Shown here piece after piece: positions 1-14,119 of a DNA stretch of 64,000 bases. Origin of the DNA: Phoronis australis (lineage: Eukaryota; Animalia; Phoronida); contig NMRA01000099.1 of NCBI GenBank assembly GCA_002633005.1, forward strand, positions 575,633-639,632, given 5' to 3'. The position numbers were made by a program, and so were the translations under genes. The notes below the pieces were generated by a model. It was given only the letters and a program-made list of their open reading frames with translations, was not told the DNA's origin and searched no databases. Within the stretch, counting starts at the first letter, position 1. Each line of letters starts with the position of its first letter.

Positions 1-832
1 ATATGTGTTTTTACAATGTGGCGATATCCACATGTGCCCTCGCATACCACAGGATAAACAACAAAACAACACTGCCGGTAGTTTTCTGTAAACAGGCTCA
101 TCTTTAAGTGTGCCCAATGGACGTGCAAAAGAAAAATTTTTCTGCAGATACGCCCAGGGCGTGCGTTTGGAAAAAATGTGTATGGTTGAATCCTAAAACT
201 TTCTTCGATTTCGTAGGAAATGGTGTCCAAAACCGTTTGTGCAAGAACAGTCATGCATTGACAACGATTGCGAATTGATTGTTACATGTACATATTGTTT
301 CAATGTGCGCGCCGGCTATAATATTGAGACATTCATTCGTGACTTCCAAATCGCTCACTGGCGTATGTTAGGACTTGACTTTTGGTCTCTAAATCGTTAT
401 TTACGAACATACACCCAGAGCTTGTCTGCAGAAAATTCCGGTAATCATCGCAGCCAAGACCACGAGAGACAATGGAGCCATGCCAAATAGCCGCCCACCC
501 GGCCCTTCAAAGCCTCCCCCATTTCAATTTTACGTTTGGCTACCCTCATCTTCATTGCAAAGTGTCTCCACGTTGCTACTCATTTCAACCGTTACTCCCT
601 TGTCACCAACAATTTCGCGTTTCACTCTTGTGGAATTTTTTTGGCTACCGACGCCAATGGCTTAGACAATCACGCTATGAAAAGCAGCTACTGAGCATCT
701 TGTCACATCGTGCTGAGTAAACAAACAGAAAAGCGGTGTCGAATAATGGTTTTGAATAAGAAAAACACCAAGACGAGTTCTGATGACAAGCACGCAACAC
801 GAAACTCGTTCAATCTATTTTACACGTTTCAC

Positions 833-1252
833 TGCTGTGCGTGAACTTTGGAAATCTTGCTTATTCTCAACATCGCGAATGCGTGAACTTGGAATACACG
901 AGGAATCTTGACAAGGTTACTCAAATAATCACGTTCACGTTGATAAAAATTTCCAGTGCACTAAGTCAAATTACATGTTAATAAAATAGCGTTAATTTTA
1001 ATCAAACTTTTTTCAACTATTGGCCGGCTATCTTATTCACCAAACAACAATTGATTTAACCATTCTCATATTCCTCTGATTCTTTGACACAAGTTATGGT
1101 AAAGGAGATAGTGGGCGATTATGAGACCAATAATTAACAACTTCTTTACACTGAACAAAGACGTTCACCTGATTACCCAAATGAATATTCAATTCCAAGT
1201 TAACGCATACGCGATCTTGAGATTAAGCAGGATTCCACGTTCACGCACAGCA
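833..1252. mobile_element. MITE-like inverted repeat with ~60-bp arms
   Basis: TGCTGTGCGTGAAC...CATCGCGAATGCGTGAACTTGGAAT pairs with ATTCCAAGTTAACGCATACGCGATC...GTTCACGCACAGCA. Confidence 0.7.
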
Positions 1253-4200
1253 TCACGATTTTTATTGTAAAGGCTATCATTTTTCACCGTAGTCGGACCG
1301 AAGTAAAAGGCACACATACAGGTAATTGTTGCCAAGAGACACACATTCAGGAGCTAAAAAGGCGAAAATGCGTGTTATGTACGTTACTCAAATTATAATA
1401 ATTATTTATACTTATTTTTACTTGATGAAATGATATGTGTCCAAGTATGCTGCTTTGTCGTGAAGTTTGTTCTTTCTTATTGTTTGTAAGTATTGTCGGT
1501 TTTCGTGGTGGTTTTGTGTCATGTTGCCGTCAGTGTTGAGGGCGGCGTCGTCGTGTTCGTCATTTTGTTGTCGGTGTTTTTGACAGCATAGACGGTGTTA
1601 TCGTTGACAGTGTTGGCAGCGATGTCGTGGTTTTTTTGAGGACGTCCTCTGCATGGTCATTGGTGTCATCGGCATTGTCATCTAAGGTGTCGCTATCTTC
1701 GTCTTCGTACTCCATGTTTCAGGCGATTTCGCCAAGTTCCGCTCCGTCAGGGCGCTTAGATTTGCTTTTTCTCGTCAACCACTTAGTAGTGACAACGGCA
1801 AAGATAGGTTTTACCAGCTGACACCGGAAGTCGGTCAACTGTCAACGTTTTATAATTAAAAGGAACTATTTATAGAACCAAGGAGATAATTGCATGTGAA
1901 GTTTGAGCAATCACATAAGTAAATTGTTTTCCAGTTTTGTATTATTAACTATAGCTTACGCAAAATGCTCATCTTCGCTGTTTTTGAAGACCTAAAACCC
2001 AAGTTAACGGTTGCCTGAATGGGTCCCAGACAGGGAAATTTCGCGCATTTGAGGCCTTCATAATTTTACTCACCATGGTGAATGTTTCTATCCCTCCATC
2101 TTTGTTGTAAGCTCCTTCTTTGGCTGTGGAATTTTCTTAAAACTGGACCCTTATTTCAATGACATAAATTGGGACTTAGTCCTTAAATTAGGAAGCTCTG
2201 CATGAAAAGGTCCCTATTTGTTCTATTAAGAATTCAACGTAGTGTTTAGTCTCGGTAAGTACCAAAACTAATAATCGATTTAGTAATGAAGATAAAATAG
2301 CAGAATTACGGACAATCAGTGTTTGCACAAATTCTCAAATGCGCTGTAAATTTATTAAAACATGTTGCGGTCGAGCCCCACTCTGGGACTTTCCATGCAA
2401 GTGTCCATAGGCTTCCCGGATACGCTAACATTTGAAACCGGGAAAGGAGTAATTATTTGTGTTCGGCAAGAACGAATCTGCCAGAAAGGCATAATGCAAG
2501 GTGCTAAAGGCACATTTATTTGTGCACGTTAGTTACTGCGAATTGAATGCTTGATGCGACTTTTTATGTGTCTGGAAGCATTTGGCAGAAACATTTGCCT
2601 TTGCTTGGCATTTTATCCACTTACCCAGTAAGAAGGACGCATTGTGAACATGATGCAGTGGCGTGTGCGTCATGGAAATAAACTTCTAAAATCATCTACG
2701 CAATGGAACAAAGATAGTGTTTTAGAAACAACACAAAACACCATGAGCAGCAACAGGAATGACGTCAGCGTCAACCTAAAGTCTATGTAGCGCTTTCTTT
2801 TAACTGTTGTTTTGATTCACATTTTGGGTTGGAATCCTGTGCCATTTTTTGTTTGGGTTTTTAATACTGTTGGTTAACTTACCTAATTGCACATAATGAA
2901 ACTTTAGACCGAATGAACTTCAATGTTTGCTTTATCGGGAGGATTAACGGCGGAAACGCGAGATTTCGTCTTGACCTAATTAGTGCCGTGTGCGAGTCTT
3001 CAAAACTAATTAACCTAATGGAAATTAGTGAAATTTCCACTTCACTTGTTAAATTACATGCAAGTGCATTGTTGTTGCATTTTTAATTGACAGGCACATG
3101 TAGCTACACACCTGTATATGCGGTGTAATTTCGTGTTCAATGATTGACATCCTTTCAATTGGCCTTTTGACTCAAGGTTGCCGTGAATTATTAAATAAGT
3201 AAGATAAAAACATGACTTTCCAATTACGAGAATTTTAACTTTTGATCGCACTTTGCGACTGCACTACATTATGAAAACGCCAGATGAAGACATAACTAAT
3301 GACTTCTTTATTAAACGACCTGTAGTATTCTGTTCATTGTTTATGTGTAATGCATTATCAAATGAGCTCAAAAACCTAACTGAAGACTTGTTATAGGCTT
3401 ACGAATTTCCAATCAATGTTGCGACACAGTACATTATCAAATAGGTAAAACAAAAACTGTTCTCGTGATTTTCCTACTACATTTGATACAATTATACGAC
3501 GCGCAAGTTTTTTAACCAATACAGTAGGAGAGTTAACAAAACATTTGCTAGGCTAGGGTTCAATCGAACTTTCCTGTTGCGCGGATGTAGAAAATACATT
3601 GCACATCTGACCTGCTTTATGAAATGTCAGGCACTCCCGAGTTGGTAAAGGAAACACGTCCAGCATTTTGCCCTTATTTTTGTCAGCTGCTTGGCGTTTG
3701 CTTTGCAACTCAAAACGCAATACTGCAGTTTCGCCCGAATTACCACGATGAATTACGTAATCATTCGCTTCTTGGACGGAAAGCGGATTACAGCCGCTTT
3801 AACTGTTCATTTTTCATGTTATGTAACGTTTATCTTTTGACCCAATGATCCAATTGTAGGCCATGACCACGATTGTTAATTCAGATGGACTGCGTTGTAA
3901 ATTGATATGGAATTAGCGAAAATTGTCTTTCAGATCACACCGATGTGTAATTGATAAATTATTTCTGTGCAACTGTTGGCGTCAGCGATCAGCTTTGAGG
4001 GTTGCGCTTCAAAGCTGATGAAACTGTACTACAAATGGCAGACAATGAGTACGTTGTTTATTGCGCCTTCTTATAGCATACGTTTCTAGACTGTCTTGGT
4101 CAACATAAAGATACTACACAGAGACTAATTAGACATATTATCAAGAACGATTTGTAAAACATTAGCAGAAGCACTCTGTTCTCGTGTAATATATCATTTG

Positions 4201-6909
4201 ATCGTTTGAATGAGGATATACTGATTATTTGTGAAACAGTTAGCAACTAAACGCATGTATGTGGTATTTATTTCATGAAACATCTTTACAAACATTCCAC
4301 AAGTAACTGTGTCGCAGGATTAATCGTTTTGCATATTAGTAAAAAGATCTTATTTTATTTACGATGTTTGTCGGTGAAACGTTCTCAATAGTTTAGGCTG
4401 AAATGGCTTGCCAATTGTTTTCAGCCAAGTCAAACAACTATATCAACAAGATATGGCGGTAAGAGAAATTTTGTAATCGCTTTAGTTTCCCAAAACATGG
4501 TGCATGACCTATTAAAGTCTTTCTGTACTTGTTGTCACTGGTTTTAAGTTAATCACTTTACAGAAATAGTTGGGGGTTTAACCAAGTGGCAGTTTCCGGA
4601 ATAGAATTAAAAGTAGAGATGGGTGTATTCACGCAATTTCAAATGTCCGGGTACACTCCCAGTCTTTGTTGACTCTAAATTACTGAATAGATGTTTTACG
4701 TAAATACAAAAAGTGCTACTTGCGAAACTCGTGGGGAACCGATGAGTAACGGGAACTACGCTATCAAATGGCGAAGGGTTTGCGGCTGTATGGGCGGTCG
4801 GGTGATTTTATGCGCTGTTCTATTTAATGGAGCTGAACCGGAACAACTGTGACTTTAATTGACTAATTAATCTATTAAATCGTACAAAAAACTGGCCAAT
4901 GGAAAGTGTACGTGACGTCATTTTGGGAAATGATGATTAGTATTCCCGGTAGTCTTCTCGGAATAGAAGATTGGTTAGAAAAGTTTCAAACCGTCCGCTG
5001 CTCGTCCATATTGCTGACTTTGTGTCTCCTGCGCAGACACTCTAGATTAGCTTAACACGCTATCCATGACGTCAGAGTGTGAGCCCTGGGAACCAGGTTA
5101 ATTTTGCTGTCTTGGATTGTTACGTTTGATTTTATATCTTTTGGGGGCGCATCCTTTTGGACTAAAACAGACTTCCATGGGTTATTCTGTTTGCTTTTTC
5201 TTTCTGGTTGACCTAATTATTTATGCATATGCTTGTGACCAGTATCAATTAGAATATAGTAGCCTAAATATAGGGACAAATGAGCGTTTATCACAAATTG
5301 TGAAACGATATCAGAATTTGTTAATACACCAACCCTCGTTTCCGAGGTAAGGTAAGTTAATTCACAACTCGGTTGTTCTGGTTTTCAAATGGAGTTCGAA
5401 GGCTGTTTTTGAGACCAGGAAATCCACCGCAATGTAGTACTCTTTCAGTTTTAATTTGATCACAAAGGTAACACAGCATCTATTAATTTCAGTGTTTTTT
5501 AATTTTATATTCAGCTATCAAAAATAGACAGATATTATCGGCCTCTCTCTACATCCGGCTGCTAGCTGAGTTTTATATTAGGTATAAAAAGGCCACTGTT
5601 CTTGACAATACAATCGCTCAGCTGAAATAACACCAGAATATAACAAATCTTTAGGTTTAATGCGTTCATTTATTACACCGCGTCGCCCTAGTGATTCCGT
5701 CGTAAAAACACATAGATAGTGATGGGAAATGGAGATATATAAAACAATAAAATGCAATTCAACGCAGCGACCACGGGGATTCATTTCCGCAGACGCGCCT
5801 CGCACACACTACGTACTTGACACGCGTAGGCCTACACGCAACACGTTGACAGGTCAAACAGCTGTCTGCCAAGTTCTCAACGGAAAACCAGTCGAATATA
5901 ATACTACCAAGGATCTTGTGGACATGAGGTTTCTGTCAGGTAGTTATATGGGCACAAAACAACCAAACTGCCTATTACCAGAAAAGAATAGCGAGTTGTT
6001 TTTACATTTTCAGGTGGCTGAGAAAAGTACGCAATCCCCGTGAGTCAGTTTCCTTGACTACAAATCGCTGTAGAATTTGGTCGCCATCAGGCTGACATTA
6101 ACAAGAAAAACGGTAAACATTAACAATAAATGGAGCCGCGTTAATTAAAATGCCTCCTAGCCTTCAAAATATATTACATCTAAACGTAACCCTTACTTTT
6201 CAATTCTCAAAATATTAAAAAATACATATTTTTGGAAAGAAATGATTTTCTCACGCTGGTTTTCAACTCACCTCTCAAAGAGCAATGTCCTTCTGCGGTT
6301 ATGCTTCACAGCGATTTAAGAGCAAATGGTAAATATCAATCCGCTCGTTCCTCCTGTAACCTTCCGATTAGAACATGCTTCCAGCGGATTTCAAACAAAA
6401 GACCTTTGATTGCGAAATGATATCAAGAGTCAGCTCGGGCAGTCGGTGTGAGGTCGCTCCATGTGTAGACTGTACAACACTTACTGAGTTGTACGGAACT
6501 TGATGAACATATATATACACAATACCGCGCTGGCAATGAGTGACAACGTTATGATGACGTAGCCGCGATTTTGAGTCAGGGACCTCTGTTCAACGGAAAA
6601 TCAAGACTTGTAAATTAATTAAATGGTACGATAGAAAGCACGCCGGATATCATTTTACAAGTCGAACAACAAAAAATTAAGTTCTTGTAACTGGAAACCT
6701 CGTAGACAAGGCACTCAACCGAGCAATATTGTGAAACCAAAAAATGTTGCACAGTTGACTTGTTGACTGTCTCGCACAACAGGTGTCTGTAGCATTTCCA
6801 TTTAGGGGAAGTATTGAAACTATTATTTTACCAAGTCGTTTTACGTCTCATTGAAATTGTTTTCTATACTCGACTGACCTTGGCCACGCTAGGTCTCAGA
6901 ACAGGAAAC

Positions 6910-7300
6910 TGTAACCAGCCAGTTCGAATTACGCATATGGGGGAAATTAGAATTTGGCTATTTTTAGAGCGCTCGGTGACAATATGGTCACAGCTCGTTG
7001 ATTTTGTTTTGTTTTGCGAATAATCGTTAAAAAGAAATCTAATGACCACTTGAAAAATCCAGCCTCAAAGCGACGTGACTTGGTAGCGTATGGGTGAGTA
7101 CCTAGCGACCTGCGGTTCTACTATCCACCATAAGAGGACATGTACTTAGTTTGAGTGTATGGTGTTTTTTAACCAGAGTTCTTTCCAACCGGTCACCTTT
7201 CCACGTCCGTTTGTGTTTTGAGCATCTAAGCAAGCGGGAACGTAAATCCAGTCGCATACAGACAAATTAAAATCTGTTACACACTCCCCCCTTCCCCCTC
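6910..7300 (-). mobile_element. Probable LTR remnant with adjacent polypurine tract
   Basis: TGTAAC...GTTACA termini (6910-7281) directly preceded on the - strand by GAGGGGGAAGGGGGGAG. Confidence 0.4.
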
Positions 7301-10072
7301 GTAGGCTACCTTACCACTTACTTACGCCTCTTTCGAGTCGGACCCGGTCGTCGAAAATGTGACATCTCTCCCCAAGATTTTGCTAACTGCAAATTGTCGG
7401 AGGGGACGTCCCCCACTTCCTTGGGTCCCAGTAACGGTATATAACATAATGTTTTGGATTGCCTCCTAGTCCCCAGTCCTTTCTGGTAAAACGCGCTGCC
7501 CTAAGGGGAATCACCAACGAAGACGTTGACCGTCTTATCTTAAAATGCATGGTGCGATTCATCTGTAAAAAGATGTAAACTGACTGTGGTCTTGGTGAAA
7601 TCCCAGACCCCTGATTTCACAAACAGCATACCACTGTAGCTCTTGATCATGCCTGTAAAGTTGTTACAGTGTCAAATAGATTGTTATTATTGCTGATTTG
7701 TAAACCATTAAATGTGAAATTTTCCTCTTAACTATTGAGTAAGCAGATTTTCCAAAGCTTAATGACTAATGGTTACCGATGATGACGGCTTGATGAAAGC
7801 TGTGAGTGTCAAATTCAAGCAGTTTAAAAAGCGACTGTTAACATTCCACGAATCAAGGGCACTTTTACTGTGATAGGCCTCACTCAGATTAGAACAGTTT
7901 GGCAGCCCAGGGGATTCTCTCGCAAAGAATAGATAGGAATTTGCCTTCGCGCAGTCAAAATCCAGGCCACGCAACACCCTCGAGGGTAGTGGGCCAAAAT
8001 TCGTAATTTTAAGTTTGAGGGATGCAGTCATGTTAGAAGCAGGCAATCATGCTGAGAGTACCTTTCTTTGGCAGTCAGGTGGGCGCCAAAACTGGAATGT
8101 GCACCCTTGCACGTTGAGAGAAAGCCATGTTAGAAGCAGACAACCATGCCCAGATTACTTGGAGTGACCCTTTGTTAAAAAATCGGAGTGTTGCTAATCT
8201 GAAACGGGTATCGTTATCATGGTAACCGGGTATTTTGACAACCAAGATCATCGTTTTGAGCTTGATGGCAATCACGTTAGAAACTAGCAACCATGCTCAA
8301 AGCATTTTAGTGACCCTCTCTTAAAGCTCTGGGAACTGCCTAGCTTAAATGCGTACCGTTGCCATGGAAACCACATGTTTCGGAACTACAGCAGTATACT
8401 ATAAGCTGCGTACGCCACATACCTAGGAAATTTTGAAGAATATAAACTGCCTGTAGAGATATATCATAACCAGTAAAACAATTATGATGATCCAAAAATG
8501 GTCAGGTTGCCAGGACAACTCTTGTACACAAACAAGGAAATGTTCTCTTACCAACACAAAAGATGCGTACAAATGTGTAAATTAAATACATAAAAGAAAA
8601 ACTTGTGGCTAGTACTATGTCATATGTCAAAACTAATAGCACAGTTTTGATAATTCAAAAAATGGCTGCTTTGGTAACTAATTCAAATAAGCATGTCAAT
8701 TACTCCTTTAAAACAGCATAAATCGCACACAACAGAATGAGATAAATAAAGCATATACTTATGGCTTTATAAAAGGTGTGTCTTAATAATCAGCAGTATC
8801 AGTAGCAAAATATTAATGACTGCAGACCTGCATATTCATCTCAAGCATGCAAGGCTATAGACAATTGTGGATAGAAGCATGTGGTTCTTTTGATTAGTTT
8901 TTGCAGCACAAAGCTTGCATCCTTTCCAAGATCCGTTCTGTGTTGTGTATAGTTCCCCCCACTTTCAGTCAGATTTTTCACATACTTTTCTGTAACCATT
9001 TCAATAGCATTTCGAACGATAATCAAAACTTTACAACCTTTAGATCACCATGGCTGCAATATGTTCGAGAAAGTGCTTTAAAACCTACCTTTTTATTTTT
9101 GCGAGTGCAAATTGTCGAGATATATTCGGAACCTTTGTATTATGCATGCTAAATACGTACAGCTATAAAGAATTTTGTCTTCATTTTTATAACAGACTAA
9201 AATTTTTACGCGATTCATACTCAAAATCCAAAAACGTAAGTAGTCGTAGTCAGCTAAGGAAAAATGCTGAGCTGTATGGCGCCGGCAGGTGGCATCCGCA
9301 ACCACTTGTTCTTTCCACTCAGTTTCCTTGCATTCATCGCACAGTGTACAGCCTTGCCCCCATTAATCTGCTGCAATGTCAAGGGGACTAATTTTCACCT
9401 TTATTCGAACAATTCTTCTATCAGAATCGAGTTGATCCTGTGTCGTTTCAGACCACGGCCGCTAACGCAAACCCGACCTGTATCTGAAACGATCGCAGCG
9501 CTCTCGTGTGAGCGAAATCACCAAAGGTGTCCGATGAAACTCCGATCCGAAATACAACAGATTCGCCTCTCGTTATCAAGTGCTTCGTTTGTACATATTG
9601 CGATACATGCCGAAGTGTTGCGTGATCTTACATTTTCCTGATACTTGACACCAGGCCACTAAATTCGTACCGGAAGAAAACGGTGCCATTAACCTTACAT
9701 TTCCTTGTAATTTTTACATGTGCAAATATCATACCCATTACTTAAATTCATTTTTCAAATGGAACATCAAGCCGGCGTGTCACTTATGGTTAGTATGTAC
9801 ATCGTACTCGCTAAGCCTTATCCATACGAGGTACTATTCACATGACAAAACGATGTCTCCCGACCACGATGTACATAACTAAAACAGATAACTTTCAAAT
9901 GCATCGTCTGCAAGCATTTCCAAAGATATTGAGAAATTGCCCTTTTGGCTTGAACTACGGTCATGTGCGTAACGTAATATTGATGTCTAGCACGAGGTGT
10001 CGTATGACTAGCAAATTTTACTTGGGATGCCAACGCTTTAGTTTTTTTTTACTGTAGCAGAAGTCGGGATAC

Positions 10073-10198
10073 AGTCTCATAATATTCCTTACAGTGACCG
10101 GATTCCATTCTCATCACCAGCTCAAGTCAACAGGCAATACGATGTTCTTGTTGGTACTAGAAATAGAATCCTATCACGGTAAAGAGTATTATGAGACT
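10073..10198. repeat. Short imperfect inverted repeat (mini-MITE)
   Basis: AGTCTCATAATATTCCTTACAGTGA ... TCACGGTAAAGAGTATTATGAGACT. Confidence 0.65.
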
Positions 10199-11122
10199 CA
10201 TTTTAGCCTATATGAAAGTAAAGGGCCCAATTCGAGGATTGTTTTTTAGTCCACGGAACTGAGGGCGAATTGAGTCTGAGCCCAGCGGGTCTTTCAAGTT
10301 CCGAGGTTAAACCGTGGCCCCTGGACTAATTTGAAAGAACTGTCAGTTCGCTATAATTCCTCGAGATCAGGCTATGAATTTGACGTTGGGCCATTATATT
10401 CACGGCCAAACTCTAAATCATTACCCGAACTGCCAGTTCTTCTTCAAACTATTCCTCATCTGAGTAAGAAACAAGCTGAGTCCAATATTCTAGCCGAAAG
10501 TGGTTTAATTCAGAAACTAGTTTCTTTGGTGGACGCTATAGAGACACAATAATACTGAAATGTTTTCTATCGTCACCACTGTAAAGCATCATCTTTATTA
10601 TTCACAAGTTTACATGCCTTCCAAAGCAGAAAAGGCACAGCGTTCTTATCCTTTGCTTTGAATTGAACTTGGTTACAATCAATCGCCTGCAATTCTCCTG
10701 ATCCCCTTACAGCCTCGTGAAATGAATGGGTCTGGTCAGACGCAATAACGACCTGACAGTACTACGCCGTATATATGGAATTCCAAGTCTGTCAGCAAGT
10801 AACGCGTGCGGGTTTTAGACGTCAACGCGTTCGCTTTGACTCATTTACACGTTAATCTATTTTGTTACGGGTATGCGCTGCGAATACGAGTTAACAAGAC
10901 CGCTGACAGCATTTCCGTACAACACTGAGAGGCGCCAAGTCATATGACTGAGATGAAGTGTACCGAAAGACAGTCCTTGTTACAAAAGCCGTGAGTTGTG
11001 GACATGAATCCCTGTTACGTCCACAACTCCCTGCGGTTCTCTCAAAATGTCGTCAATTCACAGTCTGTCAGCCAATCTCGTGTACAAGTCTGAATTTTAC
11101 GCGTTAGTGGAGGGGTCAGGTC

Positions 11123-11207
11123 ACAGGCGTCCTCTCCTTCTGATCGTCCCCAATAGAATTATATATACATAGTGTATTGGGGACAATCAGAAGATGAGGA
11201 CACCTGT
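11123..11207. repeat. 85-nt hairpin with 33-bp arms
   Basis: ACAGGCGTCCTCTCCTTCTGATCGTCCCCAATA / TATTGGGGACAATCAGAAGATGAGGACACCTGT. Confidence 0.8.
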
Positions 11208-11746
11208 TGGTTGGGGTATTAATTACTCGATTGTTGACGTCATCTTGTGAATGTACTGCCTCCGTTCATTGGCCGCTCGGGAATCGGAAGACCACCAATT
11301 TAAAAGTTCGCCTAACGCGTGTAAAACCAGCACGCGTTCACGCGTAAACCGGGGCTGCACTCCGTAGACCCGAGACCGTCTCGGCATTAGCCTGGCACTT
11401 GAGGCGAGAAACCTCCGCTCATTGAACAGAAAAAGTGAATTCTATCCCCTGACTTATGAATTCTACAGGATAATTCAGTATTCCAGCAAAGTTACACAAG
11501 TGAGGTCTCAACCATGGCTCGCGAAACTACGTTTACGGAACGCTACCCCGGCACTATCCTCTGCCTCTCGGGAAAGCATGTTCAACCCCGGCCTCTCGCA
11601 CAACTTTTCGCGTCTCGCGGACATATTTCTTTGCTCGCGTACGAATTTAATCAACGGCGAAAAGTACACTGGATTGTTTAAAATCAAAACGTTACATATG
11701 CAAAATCGCAAACCGTTGCGGATATTCCCACAGAAAAAGTACACAG

Positions 11747-11911
11747 CAGGGACGGATCTAAGATTTTCAAAATGAGGAAGGGGGGGTCGGATCAAGGATT
11801 TTTTTTAAAAAGGTGGGTCCAAGTCAACAATTTGAAAATTCTAGATTTGATATCGCTAAAATCAAGGGAAAAAGGGGTCCTGACCCTTTTGACCCCCTGG
11901 ATCCGCCTATG
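11747..11911. mobile_element. CAGGG(G)CGGATC-type MITE, copy 1
   Basis: CAGGGACGGATCTA ... TGGATCCGCCTATG ends, flanked by the direct repeat CACAG; homologous to 51070-51232. Confidence 0.75.
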
Positions 11912-14113
11912 CACAGGATGTATCAGTTTCCTTACGAAAGAGTGCCCTTTTCCACAAAAATACCCACCAAAGTTTAACTCTGGAATATCGAAAACAGTTT
12001 GACACCGTTTAGTTTAGTGAGATGGTGTGAAGAACTTTTAAGCATAAACATAATGGGATTTTGCAAGGTATTACAATAAAATCGTGTGTTCAAATCTGGG
12101 AGTAATACGAACATCATTATAGTCCTAGGTTCAAATCACTCACTCTTTTGTTACGACTGACTACTTTGGATGTGCAAGTGAGATGAAACAAGGTTGCCAA
12201 TTATCACCTTCCCATTCTCCCGCTTGTTTATGAATAACTTGGACCACTAAAGCTTTAATTCAGGAATTGACTGTGTACTCGGTGTTAGTCGCTTAGATCT
12301 CATTTGCGGATTGTTTGCTGGGACTGCAGTAAGTATGCAAAGAAAATGTCTATACATTGCAAAAAAATAGAAGCTCAGTGTCCAACACAATAAAAACATA
12401 AAGGTGTTCAGAATCGTGATCGGTGGTTATCTAAGAGGATATGGAAAGTGCGGGTCTCTGAATAATGTCCGGCTAGATCCAAATTCAGAATACAAACAGG
12501 TCTACTTGGGAATGACTTTGCTACTAAATTTATGACTTTTGGACAAAACCGCAAAGATCTATTGCCGAATAAGCTTTTAAAAAGCGATATTCATTATGCT
12601 AAAACAGTAATGTACAAATTTGAAGAGGTACTTGTAAAAATATGGCAAGAGAGTTGTCGTAGTCTTTATTTATGGGATCCGTCGTGGACAGTAGTCGACT
12701 TTCATTTTCAGTAGCCGCTCAGTTTAGTAACAGGACGAAATGCAGATTCAGTAGAGGCGGATCTACGGAGGCTGTTAGGGACGCCTTCTTTCACGACCGA
12801 AAACGCTTCCTCACTGCCAATTATGCCGAAAACTCAATGGGCAAGCCGAGCCCTACTGCGAGCACTTTTACGCTAGTCTCCGTTCATGTTTCTTCTTTTT
12901 TGCAATTGAACCGCTTCACTTAATCCCTTTGCTCCGTTTTTTCTTCTGTTCTCATTTGCGTCGTCATTTGGCTCAGCGTTGCGCCATGTGGAAAATACCC
13001 CTTACTCAGCAGTTTAAACGAATTTTTTTTGCTACGCATCACAACGTTAGTCAGTTCTGGGATAGGGGTCTGACATGTGCCGTCAGCCACTCGAAACTTA
13101 AATAGTGAAATGTATTTAAGTTTAAAATGTGTCGTCGAAGAGCAACAAATGCTGTATTGGTATTCCAATATTCTAACTAGGCCAACATCAAACACGCAAA
13201 TCCACAAACTTTGCTTAACACGTAATCACCTCGTGAGTTGATTAACCTACAAAAAGTAACGAAGGCAGTAAAACGACAATATTGACGACGACGCCGATTC
13301 ATTAAATACAACAGCTGTCACTTTGAAACAATGATTAATGTCAGGGGAAAATTACACAAACCATAAAAAACGATAATAACCACTATACATGAAAAAGCTG
13401 TTAGCGTTTCTAAACCAATACTATTGATGTTCATGAATATTGGTCATACAGTTCATTGTCCTTGTTATTAATTTATTGAATAAAGTGCCACATACGACAA
13501 TAAAGAACCGTACACAAGAATGTGACGTGTTTTGTTGCTTTGATTCAACAGTACGTTTTTACTTATCGTGAGTCATTGCCCTCCGCCATGCTTAATTGGC
13601 AAGGGAGGGCCAACCTTCTGAAGGTCTAAAAGTTCTTAGCCGGAAATTTCAATCGCCCATTCAATTTTATGAACTTTCCATAATTAATTATCAGAGCAGG
13701 TGAGATTGTGGTTTGGGAGTATGCCCCTTTTAACCCAATCAGCACAGCCACAGGGAGCACGGTTGAAGACGAGGTAAATCAAACCACACGAATGTGAAGA
13801 TGTACACAGCAACAGAAATGTGCAGCATCATTAAAAATTCCAAACCCAGACTTAACCTATTACTGTACACCCCTAGAGTGCTGTGAGCTCTTAATTGCCC
13901 AGTGGCCATGTATTAAAATTGCAGAGGTCATAACTAACGTTATCAGTCCTTGTCCAAGACTTGTAACTGGATTACATAAACCAACATTCAGTTCTCTAAT
14001 GGTTCCTAAATGTTGTACTGGTTTTGGCATGACATGCTTGATGTTACCAGAATACATGATCACAGTGTTAACCCCATTCAGTAAAACTAATTTATCTCAA
14101 CTTACATTAAATC

Positions 14114-14119
14114 TTTATT
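14114..14119 (-). terminator. Candidate polyadenylation signal for GLT1D1
   Basis: AATAAA on the - strand ~1.3 kb after the stop codon; a second AATAAA lies at 15413-15408 just after the stop. Confidence 0.35.

Noticed and set aside
9050-9641. Overlapping 113-aa and 125-aa ORFs
   Set aside because: No recognisable domain or splice context; consistent with chance ORFs
12840-13000. Possible minus-strand exon or promoter
   Set aside because: Short open frame with no supported start, splice sites or homology
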